The notes: a model not told the origin generated them from the sequence alone. 64,000 bases of DNA from an uncultured Clostridium sp. (GCA_947653235.1 CANTGH010000002.1:139128-203127), one strand, 5' to 3'; numbered from the stretch's first letter, positions 20,416-30,337 are shown. Program-made: numbers and translations.

Positions 20416-20824
20416 ATGACGTTTCTGTTCCAACGAATTTAAACAGATAAATATGAAAATCAATCAGTAAAATGGTTGATTTTTTCTTTGGGAAAAATGG
20501 TATGTTTTGTCAGTGTGTATTGCCTCGCAGAGTTCCCAGGTTATGATAGCACATCATAACTACCTTAATAAACTTTGGACAGAGCAAATATTTTATTATG
20601 AATTTTACTATGGTTAAAATAATGAAAATGAAAGAAGTTGAAAGAAACAAAGTAGCTTTATATTTATTTAATATATTAGATACTAGATTACTTGTAAGAC
20701 AAGAAAAAAATGCTAAAACTATTGAAAACATACAAGCATTGTGATAAAATATATATAATTTGCCGAGTGCAAATTATATATTACAAGTCACTATAAAATA
20801 ACTATTTTTTAAGGAGGTTTTTTT

Positions 20825-21217
20825 ATGAAATTACCTAGTTGTGAAGAAATTGAGCAGTGCTATGAACACATGAATATGTCTGAACTGATAAAAAAAGTTC
20901 GGAAAGACAGGAACATGACTTACCAAGACATTGCAGATATGCTTAAAAATCCTTCTATTACTGCTAAAGAAATTAAGGAATACGAGGAACTTAAAGCTAT
21001 TGTTCCAAGGGAGATATTGGAACCACTTTCAGGAATTTTAGGTGTTTCCAGTAATACTTTGCGAATAGCTGCAGGTTATAACTCTGTGGATCCTGTCGTT
21101 CACTATTTTACTCCAGATGGAGAAGAAATCGATGTTTGGAAAATCCTTGAGAAGATTTTCTTTAGGGATCCTTCAGTATTGCCACATCTTTATGAAATTG
21201 TTTTTAAAGAGAAATAA
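20825..21217 (+). CDS. XRE-type helix-turn-helix protein
   Basis: LIKKVRKDRNMTYQDIADML is an HTH_3-like motif. The Arg in KKVRK is an in-frame CGG (20900) that keeps the frame. Confidence 0.5.
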   Translation: MKLPSCEEIEQCYEHMNMSELIKKVRKDRNMTYQDIADMLKNPSITAKEIKEYEELKAIVPREILEPLSGILGVSSNTLRIAAGYNSVDPVVHYFTPDGEEIDVWKILEKIFFRDPSVLPHLYEIVFKEK

Positions 21218-21236
21218 TATCTAAGATGAAAATATG

Positions 21237-21279
21237 AAAAAAGAGCTTTTAAGAAATTTTATTTTTTAAAAGCTCTTTT
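21237..21279. terminator. bidirectional Rho-independent terminator
   Basis: AAAAGAGCTTTTAA..TTAAAAGCTCTTTT palindrome between convergent genes. Confidence 0.75.
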
Positions 21280-21288
21280 ATTATAGAT

Positions 21289-21852
21289 TTATTTACTCAA
21301 AATTTTTATAACCTCAATGAGTTGAATTTTCTCTGCAGCTTTTACTTTTTCAGCCACATCATTGGCTGTATCATTTGGCAAAACTTCGATTTTGGTTTGA
21401 CGAATAATATTTCCTTCATCGTATTGATTATTCACAAAATGAACAGTTGCACCACTAACTTTTTCATGAGCTTCAACAACTGCTTCATGAACTTTCATGC
21501 CATACATGCCTTTTCCACAAAACTTTGGAATAAGAGAAGGATGTGTATTAATAATCGTATATTTGTCAACCAATTTAGGGCCGATTTTCTTTAAGTAACC
21601 AGCCAGTACAATCAAATCAATCGAATATTGACTTAGGCAATTTTCCAATTCCAAATCGATTTGACTTGACTTTTTATTCTGAATGATATAAGTTTCAATA
21701 CCAGCCTTTTTAGCACGTTCCAAAGCATAAGCATCGGACGAATTAGAAATAACAAGATTGATTTTACAATCCAATTCTTTTTTTTCAATGGAATCGATGA
21801 TAGCTTGCAAGGTTGTGCCTCCACCAGAGGCGAAAACGACGAGATTATACAT
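21289..21852 (-). CDS. purN: phosphoribosylglycinamide formyltransferase
   Basis: VFASGGGTTLQAIID, INTHPSL.P and the GATVH motif. Start at 21852 follows GAGGAG. Confidence 0.9.
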   Translation of the reverse strand: MYNLVVFASGGGTTLQAIIDSIEKKELDCKINLVISNSSDAYALERAKKAGIETYIIQNKKSSQIDLELENCLSQYSIDLIVLAGYLKKIGPKLVDKYTIINTHPSLIPKFCGKGMYGMKVHEAVVEAHEKVSGATVHFVNNQYDEGNIIRQTKIEVLPNDTANDVAEKVKAAEKIQLIEVIKILSK

Positions 21853-21856
21853 AATT

Positions 21857-22717
21857 TTACTCCTCAAAATTTTTTCCAGTAATTAACGCAAAAGCTTCTT
21901 TATATTTAGCGACCGTTGTTTGGATAACATCTTCTGGAATAGGTAGACTATCTGCTGGATTGTAGCCACTTTGCTTTATCCAATCACGCAAATATTGTTT
22001 ATCAAAACTTTTTTGGGAACGACCAATAGCATAATCTGAGGCTGACCAAAAACGACTTGAATCAGGTGTCAAAACTTCGTCTGCTAGAACAAGTTCCTCC
22101 TTTTCGTCTAGCCCAAATTCGAATTTAGTATCAGCAATAATGACACCTTTTTGACGTGCATATTCTGTGCATTTTGTATACACTTGCAAAGTTTTGTCGC
22201 GCAATTTTGTCGCAAGCTCCAAACCAAGCATTTCAACCACTCTTTCAAAAGAAATATTTTCATCATGTTCACCAATTTCCGCTTTGGTAGAAGGTGTAAA
22301 AATAGGTTCTGGCAATTTTTCAGATTCTTGTAAACCTTCTGGTAAAGTAATCCCACAAACTGTGCCATTTTCTTGATAACTTTTCCAGCCAGAACCAGTA
22401 ATATAGCCTCTTACAATACATTCGACAGGAAGCATTTTTAATTTTTTGACCAACATCGAACGACCAGCAAATTCTGGTTTTTGAAATTCTTCTGGAAAAT
22501 CTTGGATATTTGTTGAAATAATGTGGTTTGGCACAATATCTTTCACAAAATCAAACCAAAAAGCAGAAATTTGGTTTAAGATTTTTCCTTTGTTTGGAAT
22601 AACAGATGGTAGAATATAGTCAAAAGCAGAAATTCTATCTGATACGACTAACAACAATTGATTTCCATCGATTTCATAAATTTCGCGGACTTTTCCGCTA
22701 CTTAATTTTTGAATCAT
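21857..22717 (-). CDS. purC: SAICAR synthetase
   Basis: GKVREIY, SDRISAFD and DTKFEFG motifs. Confidence 0.9.
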   Translation of the reverse strand: MIQKLSSGKVREIYEIDGNQLLLVVSDRISAFDYILPSVIPNKGKILNQISAFWFDFVKDIVPNHIISTNIQDFPEEFQKPEFAGRSMLVKKLKMLPVECIVRGYITGSGWKSYQENGTVCGITLPEGLQESEKLPEPIFTPSTKAEIGEHDENISFERVVEMLGLELATKLRDKTLQVYTKCTEYARQKGVIIADTKFEFGLDEKEELVLADEVLTPDSSRFWSASDYAIGRSQKSFDKQYLRDWIKQSGYNPADSLPIPEDVIQTTVAKYKEAFALITGKNFEE

Positions 22718-22767
22718 AATTTTTCTCCTTTTTATAGGGTTAATGAAGGCATCAACCCTTGCAAAAT

Positions 22768-23290
22768 TTACCTATTTTTTAAATATTCTTCATAACCGCA
22801 TTGCTTGCAATTTTTCATCTTTAGCTAAAACTGCCTCTTTTAGAGAAGCTTTATAATCGATAATTTTTTGCTGAATTGCTTCATTTGACACTCCTAAAAT
22901 AGTGGTCGCTAAAATAGCGGCATTTTTAGCACCGTTGATAGCAACTGTCGCAACTGGGATACCAGAAGGCATTTGCACAATCGAATAAAGCGAATCAACA
23001 CCACTTAATGTTTTTGTATGAATGGGTACACCAATCACTGGTACAGGTAATAAAGCAGCTATCACACCTGGCAAATGTGCTGCTCCACCAGCTCCACCAA
23101 TAACGACTTTTACGTTACGTTTTTTTAATTCTTCTGCATATTCCAAAGCCCTTTCAGGAGTTCTATGAACGGAAAGAATTTTCACTTCATAAGAAATTCC
23201 CATATCATTAAAAAATTGGGCTGCATCTTTCATAATAGGTAAGTCAGAATCGCTCCCCATAATAATGGCAACATCAATGTTTTTCATCAA
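22768..23290 (-). CDS. purE: N5-carboxyaminoimidazole ribonucleotide mutase; C-terminus depends on reading of in-frame CGG (22798-22796)
   Basis: IIMGSDSD, SVHRTP and GGAGGAAHLPGV motifs. Standard reading ends ...QAMRL at 22790. Skipping the C gives ...QAM-GYEEYLKNR, ending at 22768. Confidence 0.85.
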
Positions 23291-23445
23291 TAAATTCTCC
23301 TTTCATTTTGTTTATTTGCAAAAATTATATCGTATATTGTAAGATTTTGCAACATTTTTTGAAAAAAGTATAAGAATAAAATGCAAATTCGTATAATTTT
23401 TAAAAAACGATTGACTTTTTCCTCCAAAACAAATATAATAAAGCT

Positions 23446-23700
23446 AATTTAAAAGTTACGTTGAAAAAGAGGAAATCCATCTAAAAATTATATCCAGTGA
23501 GTTTAGGAGAGTGGAAACTAAGCAATAATGGATGGATTTTGGAGCTTTGGAGTAAAGAAAAGAAGAGTGGATATTGAAAATAATCAATATCAATTAGGGT
23601 GGAACCGCGGAAAGTTTTTTCGTCCCTATCATGATGGAAAGTGATGATAGAGGGCGATTTTTGTTTTCTATCACACCAAAAAACACGAATGGACACAAAA
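23446..23700 (+). promoter_or_regulatory. T-box leader (glycine specifier) with terminator, controlling glyQS
   Basis: Promoter TTGACT-17-TATAAT at 23411-23439. The T-box sequence is AATTAGGGTGGAACCGCGGAAAG. A candidate specifier GGA followed by A sits in the AGAGTGGAAAC loop. The terminator is CCCTATCAT..ATGATAGAGGG plus a T-run. Confidence 0.8.
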
Positions 23701-23764
23701 TTATGTAGAATATGGGGTAGTTTTGTGAAAATTGTGTGAATTTTTAAAAGTAGGAGGTAAAAGG

Positions 23765-25147
23765 ATGGTAGAAATAATGGAAAAAATTATAAATTTATGT
23801 AAAGCGAGAGGATATGTCTATCCAGGTTCAGAAATTTATGGCGGTTTAGCAAACACTTGGGATTACGGACCTTTGGGCGTAGAGCTCAAAAACAATATTA
23901 AAAAAGCGTGGCGTCAAAAATTTGTGCAAGAATCCAAATACAATGTTGGCTTAGACGCAGCCATTTTAATGAATCCAGAAGTGTGGGTTGCATCTGGTCA
24001 TGTGGGAGGATTTAGTGATCCGTTAATTGACTGCAAAGAATGTAAAACCAGACACAGAGCCGACAAATTGATCGAAGAATGGGCACATGCACAAGGCAAA
24101 GACATGATTGCAGATGGTATGAGTGACCAAGAATTAGTGCAATTCATAAGCGACAACCAAATTCCTTGTCCCAATTGTGGAAAAACGAATTTTACGGACA
24201 TTCGCAAATTTAATTTAATGTTCAAAACCTTTCAAGGTGTTACGGAAGACGCCAAAGCCGAAATTTATTTGCGTCCCGAAACAGCACAAGGTATTTTTGT
24301 GAATTTTAAAAATGTGCTTCGTACCACGCGTCGTAAGCTTCCAATGGGAATTGCACAAATTGGAAAATCCTTCCGAAATGAAATCACGCCAGGCAATTTT
24401 ACATTCCGTACACGTGAATTTGAGCAAATGGAGTTGGAATTTTTCTGTGAACCAGGAACGGATTTGGAGTGGCATAAATATTGGAAAGATTTTTGTAAAA
24501 ATTGGCTTTTGAATCTTGGTATGCAAGAAGAAAATATTCGTTTGCGTGACCATGAGCCAGCCGAACTTTCACATTACAGCAATGCAACAACCGATATTGA
24601 ATTCAAATTCCCATTTGGTTGGGGGGAACTTTGGGGAATTGCAGATCGTACCAATTTTGATTTGAGCAAACATATGGAATTTTCCAAAGAAGATATGCAG
24701 TATTTGGATGCCGAAAAAAATGAAAAATACGTTCCTTACTGCATTGAGCCATCATTAGGATGTGATAGAGTGGCTTTATCATTTTTGTGTAATGCTTATG
24801 AGGAACAAGAAATTGCCGAAGGCGATGTGCGAACAGTACTTCACTTACATCCTGTACTTGCTCCTTACAAAGTGGCAGTTTTGCCATTGTCTAAAAAATT
24901 AAGCGAAAAAGCAGAGGAAGTGTATAGCGAACTTTCCCGATATTTTATGTGTGATTATGATGAAGCAGGTTCTATTGGAAAACGTTATCGCCGTGAAGAT
25001 GAAATTGGAACGCCATATTGTGTCACCATTGATTTTGAAACAGAAAACGATGGTTGTGTGACCATTCGAGACAGAGATACCATGGAGCAAATCCGTTTAA
25101 AAATCGAAGAAGTTGTTCCCTATGTGCAAGAAAAATTGATATTTTAA
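23765..25147 (+). CDS. glyQS: glycine--tRNA ligase (dimeric alpha2 type)
   Basis: ATG at 23765 follows AGGAGG. Sequence is [24 protein letters not shown]..., about 460 aa. Confidence 0.9.
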   Translation: MVEIMEKIINLCKARGYVYPGSEIYGGLANTWDYGPLGVELKNNIKKAWRQKFVQESKYNVGLDAAILMNPEVWVASGHVGGFSDPLIDCKECKTRHRADKLIEEWAHAQGKDMIADGMSDQELVQFISDNQIPCPNCGKTNFTDIRKFNLMFKTFQGVTEDAKAEIYLRPETAQGIFVNFKNVLRTTRRKLPMGIAQIGKSFRNEITPGNFTFRTREFEQMELEFFCEPGTDLEWHKYWKDFCKNWLLNLGMQEENIRLRDHEPAELSHYSNATTDIEFKFPFGWGELWGIADRTNFDLSKHMEFSKEDMQYLDAEKNEKYVPYCIEPSLGCDRVALSFLCNAYEEQEIAEGDVRTVLHLHPVLAPYKVAVLPLSKKLSEKAEEVYSELSRYFMCDYDEAGSIGKRYRREDEIGTPYCVTIDFETENDGCVTIRDRDTMEQIRLKIEEVVPYVQEKLIF

Positions 25148-25224
25148 CGAAAAAGGCACGCAAGTAGCGTGTCTTTAATTCACCATTCACCCTTAAATTT
25201 CATATACTATAAGGGTGATAAAAT

Positions 25225-25755
25225 ATGTTTAAAAAAATAAAAGAATTATACGAAGATGCTAAAAATATACAAGCCAAAGACCCAGCTGCCTCAAATGTTT
25301 GGGAAGTGATGTTGTTGTATCCTGGATTTCACATTTTAGTTTTTCACCAAATAGCACATTTTTTGTACCGAAAAAGATTGCTTTTTTTAGCAAGATTAGT
25401 TTCCCAAATTGGTCGTTTTTTGACAGGAATAGAAATTCATCCAGGTGCTAAAATGGGCAGAAGATTGTTTATTGATCATGGCATGGGGGTGGTGATTGGT
25501 GAAACCGCTAAAATTGGAGACGATTGTACCATTTATCATCAAGTGACATTGGGTGGAACGGGAAAAGACACATTTAAAAGGCATCCAACCCTTGGAAATC
25601 ATGTAATGGTGGGGGCTGGTACGAAAGTTTTGGGACCCATTCAAATTGGAGATAACGTCAAAATTGGAGCAGGAAGTGTTGTTTTGAAGTCGATACCAGC
25701 TAATTGCACAGCAGTAGGAGCACCGATTGATAAAATTAGAGAACATTTGTCCTAA
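25225..25755 (+). CDS. cysE: serine O-acetyltransferase
   Basis: DPAA...[24 protein letters not shown], and hexapeptide repeats. Confidence 0.85.
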   Translation: MFKKIKELYEDAKNIQAKDPAASNVWEVMLLYPGFHILVFHQIAHFLYRKRLLFLARLVSQIGRFLTGIEIHPGAKMGRRLFIDHGMGVVIGETAKIGDDCTIYHQVTLGGTGKDTFKRHPTLGNHVMVGAGTKVLGPIQIGDNVKIGAGSVVLKSIPANCTAVGAPIDKIREHLS

Positions 25756-25805
25756 TTTTTGCGAAAAAACTTGACAAAATAGTAAAAATATGGTATCATA
25801 AAAAT

Positions 25806-25971
25806 AAGAAAAGGTCACCTTTTATTAAGTGCGGTCTTTTGAAGGGATAGTTTCAAAGGTACTAACCAATAATAAAATATGTAGTATACGATAAGTACAA
25901 GTTGATAGATGTAACTAGTCATTGGCAACGTTAGAATATATGGAGTAAGCAACATATATTCTATTTTTTTT
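25806..25971 (+). ncRNA. candidate small RNA (promoter-to-terminator unit, identity unknown)
   Basis: TTGACA (25771-25776), 17-nt spacer, TGgTATCAT (25791-25799). About 165 nt with several hairpins and no credible ORF. Ends in GAATATATG..CATATATTC plus a T-run (25934-25971). Confidence 0.4.
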
Positions 25972-26181
25972 AATAAAAAAACAGATCATTTCCTTTAGGA
26001 TTAGAGTAACTTTAGAAAAAGGCTTGTATGATTGAAACATACATTTAATCGAATTGCAAGGATAATGCTATAAAATAAAAAAATAACGTTGAAAAAGAAT
26101 AAAAATTGTGATATAAAAGAATTGTTAAAAATTTCAAATATAAAAATTAAAATTTTGCAAAAAATAAAAAGGAGAAAATAG

Positions 26182-27276
26182 ATGAAAATAGGAATTGTTG
26201 GACTTCCAAATGTTGGAAAAAGTACGTTGTTTAATAGCATTACAAAAGCTGGTGCGGAATGTGCTAATTACCCATTTTGTACCATTGAGCCAAATGTTGG
26301 TGTGGTGAGTGTGCCAGATGAAAGAATGGAAACATTGGCTAAAATTTACAAACCACAAAAAGTGACCAATGCGGTGGTGGAATTTGTGGATATTGCAGGA
26401 CTTGTCAAAGGTGCGAGTAAAGGCGAAGGTTTAGGAAATAAATTTTTGTCACATATTCGTGAAACAGATAGCATTGTGCAAGTTGTGCGTTGTTTTGAAA
26501 ATTCCAATATTGTCCATGTGGATGGAAATATCAATCCTGTAAGAGATATGGAAACTATAAATTTTGAATTAATTTTTGCTGATTTGGAGACAATAGAAAA
26601 GAGACTTGAAAAGTCAAGAAAAATGCTGAAAGCTGACAAAAAATATCAATTTGAAATCGATACCTTGCAAAAAATAAAAACAAGTTTAGAAAATGGAAAA
26701 TCGGCTAGAACGGTTGAACTATCAACGGAAGAACAAGAAGTTCTAAAAGATACTTTTTTATTGACAAGTAAACCAATTTTATATGTTGCCAATATCGATG
26801 AGAGCCAAATGGAAAATCCACAAAATAATGAACATGTTCAAAGAGTACAAGAATATGCAAAACAAGAGGGGGCAGAAGTCATTCCTTTGTGTGTGAAAAT
26901 AGAAGAAGAATTAAGTGGTTTAGAAAAGGAAGAAAAAAAAGAGATGCTAGAAGCATTAGGCTTGGAGGAGTCTGGGTTAGATAAATTGATTAAAGCGAGT
27001 TATCAATTATTAGGCTTGATTTCATTTTTAACCGCAGGAGAACCTGAAGTCAGAGCTTGGACCATAAAAAATGGTACAAAAGCTCCACAAGCAGCTGGAA
27101 AAATCCATTCGGATATCGAACGAGGATTTATTCGAGCAGAAGTGATTTCTTATACAGACTTTATGCAATCTGGTGGCTCCCTTGTGCAAGCAAAAGAGGC
27201 GGGATTGGTACGTCAAGAAGGAAAAGAATATATCATGAAAGATGGAGATATCGTACTTTTTAAATTTAATGTTTAA
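26182..27276 (+). CDS. ychF: redox-regulated ATPase YchF
   Basis: MKIGIVGLPNVGKSTLFN and the C-terminal TGS-like domain IHSDIERGFIRAEV. Confidence 0.95.
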   Translation: MKIGIVGLPNVGKSTLFNSITKAGAECANYPFCTIEPNVGVVSVPDERMETLAKIYKPQKVTNAVVEFVDIAGLVKGASKGEGLGNKFLSHIRETDSIVQVVRCFENSNIVHVDGNINPVRDMETINFELIFADLETIEKRLEKSRKMLKADKKYQFEIDTLQKIKTSLENGKSARTVELSTEEQEVLKDTFLLTSKPILYVANIDESQMENPQNNEHVQRVQEYAKQEGAEVIPLCVKIEEELSGLEKEEKKEMLEALGLEESGLDKLIKASYQLLGLISFLTAGEPEVRAWTIKNGTKAPQAAGKIHSDIERGFIRAEVISYTDFMQSGGSLVQAKEAGLVRQEGKEYIMKDGDIVLFKFNV

Positions 27277-27370
27277 ACTTAAAAAATTTTTGAAAAAATT
27301 GTAAAAAAAACTTGCATAAAAATTTTTATATGTTATAATAAAATAAATTAAAAGTGAGGAGAGGAAAAAT

Positions 27371-27784
27371 ATGTTAAAAAATGTCAGAAAAAGTAGAATT
27401 TTATTAAGTATTGTAGCAATTGCTTTAATGTTTATATTGTTAGGTAATATGTATTCCTTAGCAGCAGAAGATAATACGGTTACGATTACAGCAACAAACG
27501 ATAACAACACAGCCAATACCAACAATACAACCAATACTGGCAATACAGTAAATCTTACAGCTAATACCAATAATACAACATCAAACACTTCATCCATTGT
27601 AAGTAATAATACAACCAATAACACAACCAACAATACCAGTACTTACAATAATACAAATACGACATCTAATAGCACCAAATTACCACACACAGGAAGTAGT
27701 TCAAAAACAATTTTACTTGTTGTAATATTTGCATTATCAGCTGTTTATGCTTATAAAAAAGTAAGCGATTATAATGTGTCATAA
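27371..27784 (+). CDS. small Asn/Thr-rich LPXTG-type cell-wall-anchored protein
   Basis: Signal peptide, low-complexity N/T repeats, then LPHTG plus a hydrophobic helix and a KK tail. Confidence 0.7.
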   Translation: MLKNVRKSRILLSIVAIALMFILLGNMYSLAAEDNTVTITATNDNNTANTNNTTNTGNTVNLTANTNNTTSNTSSIVSNNTTNNTTNNTSTYNNTNTTSNSTKLPHTGSSSKTILLVVIFALSAVYAYKKVSDYNVS

Positions 27785-27879
27785 AAAATACGAATAAATA
27801 AAATGGCGATCTGAAGTTTCAAGTAAGTAATTTACTTCAAAAACGATCAGGTCGCTTATTTTTTTAAATAGGAGTTTAT

Positions 27880-28356
27880 ATGAAAAGTTTATTTAGTTAT
27901 TTAATGGTTTTTATGGCTATTTTATATTGGGTGCTTCGTGTTATCATTTCGTTATTTTACTCAATGGGAATTGAATGTATTTGTCAACCATTTCAGCCAA
28001 CCATTGAAATTGCCATTTTATTTTTTACAATACCATGTGTATTGCTCATTATTAGAAGAAATATAGTAGGAACTATTTTATATTTTGGTATGTATGCAGC
28101 TTATTTTGGAACCGTTTTATATAATGGTTTAACCAATGTGTCAATGACCACAGAAAAGTTAGTTGTAACAGATGTAAGTTCTATTTTTATTACAGCTTTA
28201 GGCGTTGTCATACCATTTTTAGTATTGGCGGATGTTGCCATTCAAAAAAGTAGATTTCATCCAGCAGATCGAAAGACCGATTGGTATTATGAAAATGAAA
28301 AATACGAACGCAATTTTGATGAACGAGCCGATCGAAATCAATATAAAATAAAATAG
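27880..28356 (+). CDS. hypothetical membrane protein
   Basis: 158 aa with 4 predicted TM helices and an RBS GGAG. Confidence 0.5.
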   Translation: MKSLFSYLMVFMAILYWVLRVIISLFYSMGIECICQPFQPTIEIAILFFTIPCVLLIIRRNIVGTILYFGMYAAYFGTVLYNGLTNVSMTTEKLVVTDVSSIFITALGVVIPFLVLADVAIQKSRFHPADRKTDWYYENEKYERNFDERADRNQYKIK

Positions 28357-28932
28357 AGGGAATTTTTTAAGACCATGATAGGATATTTTGGAATAGAGAG
28401 GATGTTTGGTTTTTGAAAAAATAAAAAAGCTAATAGAGTATTAAAATAAAGCAAATTTTGAGTTGTCAATTTTTACTTGACAACTCAAAAAGGAATAAAA
28501 AAGTTTTGTCAAAAAGACAAAAAAGAATTGGTACATAATATGACAGATATAGAAGAAATAGTTACAAACATTACATAAATAGCAACTTGAAATATTGCAA
28601 CAGAAGAATATAAGGACAAGTTATCCAATAAATTATTAGCTATGTTGCAAGACAAAAGCAATGAAAAATATAGTATTGTTGTATTAGTGATATTCCAATA
28701 TAAATGCTGGTCAAACTCTACTGAAAAAATATATTTGATAAAAAAATTACGAAAATGAAAAAGTTTTTAGGCAAGAAATGTCTAAAAGTTATCATAGAGA
28801 TAATTTATTCCAAAGTACAAAATTAAATGAAAATATTTCTATGGTAAAATATAAAGAAAATATATTTTCTAAAATTTGAACAGACTTAGGAGAATTTTTA
28901 GAAGATAAGTTATCGATAAAGGAAGTGAAAAT

Positions 28933-29818
28933 ATGGAACAAAATTCAGGTAAAACTAACATTAACTGGTACCCTGGTCACATGTTCAAGACTAAAAAAGA
29001 AATCATCGAAAATTTAAAATTAATTGACATCGTGATAGAATTACTCGATGCCAGAATTCCAAAGTCTAGCAGAAATCCAGATATATTAGAAATAACAAAA
29101 GGAAAAAGGAAAATCATTCTTTTAAACAAAGCTGATTTAGCAGATGAAACAATCAATCAAAAATGGGTTAAGGCATTACAAAAAGAAACAACCACAATTC
29201 TAACCGATTCCCATTCTGGAAAAGGCATAGAAAAAGTATTAAAAATTATGGCAACACTCATGGAAGACGAAAAACAAAAACAAAGAGAACGTGGAAGAAT
29301 CAATAAAACAATTCGTGTGATGATATTAGGAATTCCCAATGTCGGCAAATCTTCTTTCATAAATCGAATTGCTAAAAAAGGTTCCATGGAAGTGGCAAAT
29401 AGACCTGGTGTAACACGCCAAAAGCAATGGATTCGAATTGGTAAAAATCAAGAATTACTTGATACACCTGGTGTGTTATGGCCGAAATTTGATAGCCAAG
29501 AGGTGGCATTAAATCTCGCTTTTACAGGAACCATTAAAGATGATTTATTAGAAAGAGTAGAAATTGCCTATGAATTACTAAAAAGATTGTTGGATCAAAA
29601 ATTAGAGAGTCTTTTGGCACGTTATAAAATAACCTCAGAAGAAATGGCAGTAATTGAAAAAAATGAAAATAAAATTTATACATGCATGCAAGTAATTGGT
29701 CAAAAAAGAGGTGCTTTAAAGCAAGGTGGAGAAATTGATGATGAAAAAACAGCACGTCTCATTTTAGAAGATTTTAGGTCTGGAAAATTGCGGAAAGATT
29801 AGTTTGGAGGAACCTTGA
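28933..29818 (+). CDS. rbgA: ribosome biogenesis GTPase A (YlqF); C-terminus restored by skipping C of in-frame CGG at 29791
   Basis: Circularly permuted GTPase motifs NKADL then GIPNVGKSS and DTPG. The tail FRSGKL-[C]-GKISLEEP* matches the family ending GKLG.ISLE. The standard reading stops at 29802. Confidence 0.85.
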
Positions 29819-29862
29819 AATTGGAATGGATAGAAAGAAAAAAGAAAATAGAAGAAGTCAAT

Positions 29863-30249
29863 ATGTTATCGCCTCTTGTTTGGGCATATATTGGAGATAG
29901 TGTTTTTGAGATGTTTATTCGTGTTAATTTGGTCAATCATTCCAATGCCAAGCCACATAAATTACATAAACAATCCATCCATTATGTCAAAGCACAAGCA
30001 CAAGCAGAGATGTTAAAAAAGATACAAGATAGCCTAACACCCAAAGAACAAGAAATCGTAAGGCGTGGCAGAAACGTACAAAATCACCATGTGGCAAAAA
30101 ACGCCAATGTAGCAGAATACGCACAATCTACTGCTTTTGAGGCATTGATTGGTTATTTGTATTTAACGAAACAAGATGAAAGATTAAAAGAAATTTTAGA
30201 AAACTCAATACAAACAATAGAGAAAACAAAATTTGAAAAATTGCAATAA
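29863..30249 (+). CDS. mrnC: Mini-ribonuclease 3
   Basis: LVWAYIGDSVFEMFIR, and AEYAQSTAFEALIGYLYL. The start could also be the upstream TTG at 29815. Confidence 0.8.
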   Translation: MLSPLVWAYIGDSVFEMFIRVNLVNHSNAKPHKLHKQSIHYVKAQAQAEMLKKIQDSLTPKEQEIVRRGRNVQNHHVAKNANVAEYAQSTAFEALIGYLYLTKQDERLKEILENSIQTIEKTKFEKLQ

Positions 30250-30297
30250 AACGATAATTAAGGTGTGACACAATTATGCCACACTGTTTTTATATTA

Positions 30298-30337
30298 CAT
30301 TTGTGTTACAATGATTGCATTTGTGTAACAAAGATTG
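30298..30337 (+). repeat. tandem 20-nt direct repeat overlapping a -35 box (candidate operator)
   Basis: CATTTGTGTTACAATGATTG / CATTTGTGTAACAAAGATTG (18/20 identical). It contains the inverted TGTTACA..TGTAACA pair. The promoter TTGATT-17-TATAAT lies at 30335-30363. Confidence 0.55.

Noticed and set aside
23291-23440. Purine riboswitch or other leader upstream of purE (minus strand)
   Set aside because: Only a TTGCAA-17-TATAAT promoter and a short leader are present. I could not find the conserved purine-aptamer junction sequences.
23481-23696. 71-aa minus-strand ORF
   Set aside because: It lies inside the glyQS T-box leader.
25396-25818. 140-aa minus-strand ORF
   Set aside because: It is antisense to cysE, which has clear hexapeptide-repeat identity.
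27028-27633. 201-aa minus-strand ORF
   Set aside because: It is antisense to the ychF 3' end and the N/T-repeat gene. Its Leu/Val runs are just the reverse complement of AAT/ACN repeats. It has no RBS.
27480-27680. Possible CRISPR or other spaced-repeat array (also considered for 42712-42778 and 46091-46150)
   Set aside because: These are, respectively, coding low-complexity N/T repeats, an intragenic RNA duplication and a Pro-rich linker. None has a regular repeat-spacer architecture, and no cas genes are present.
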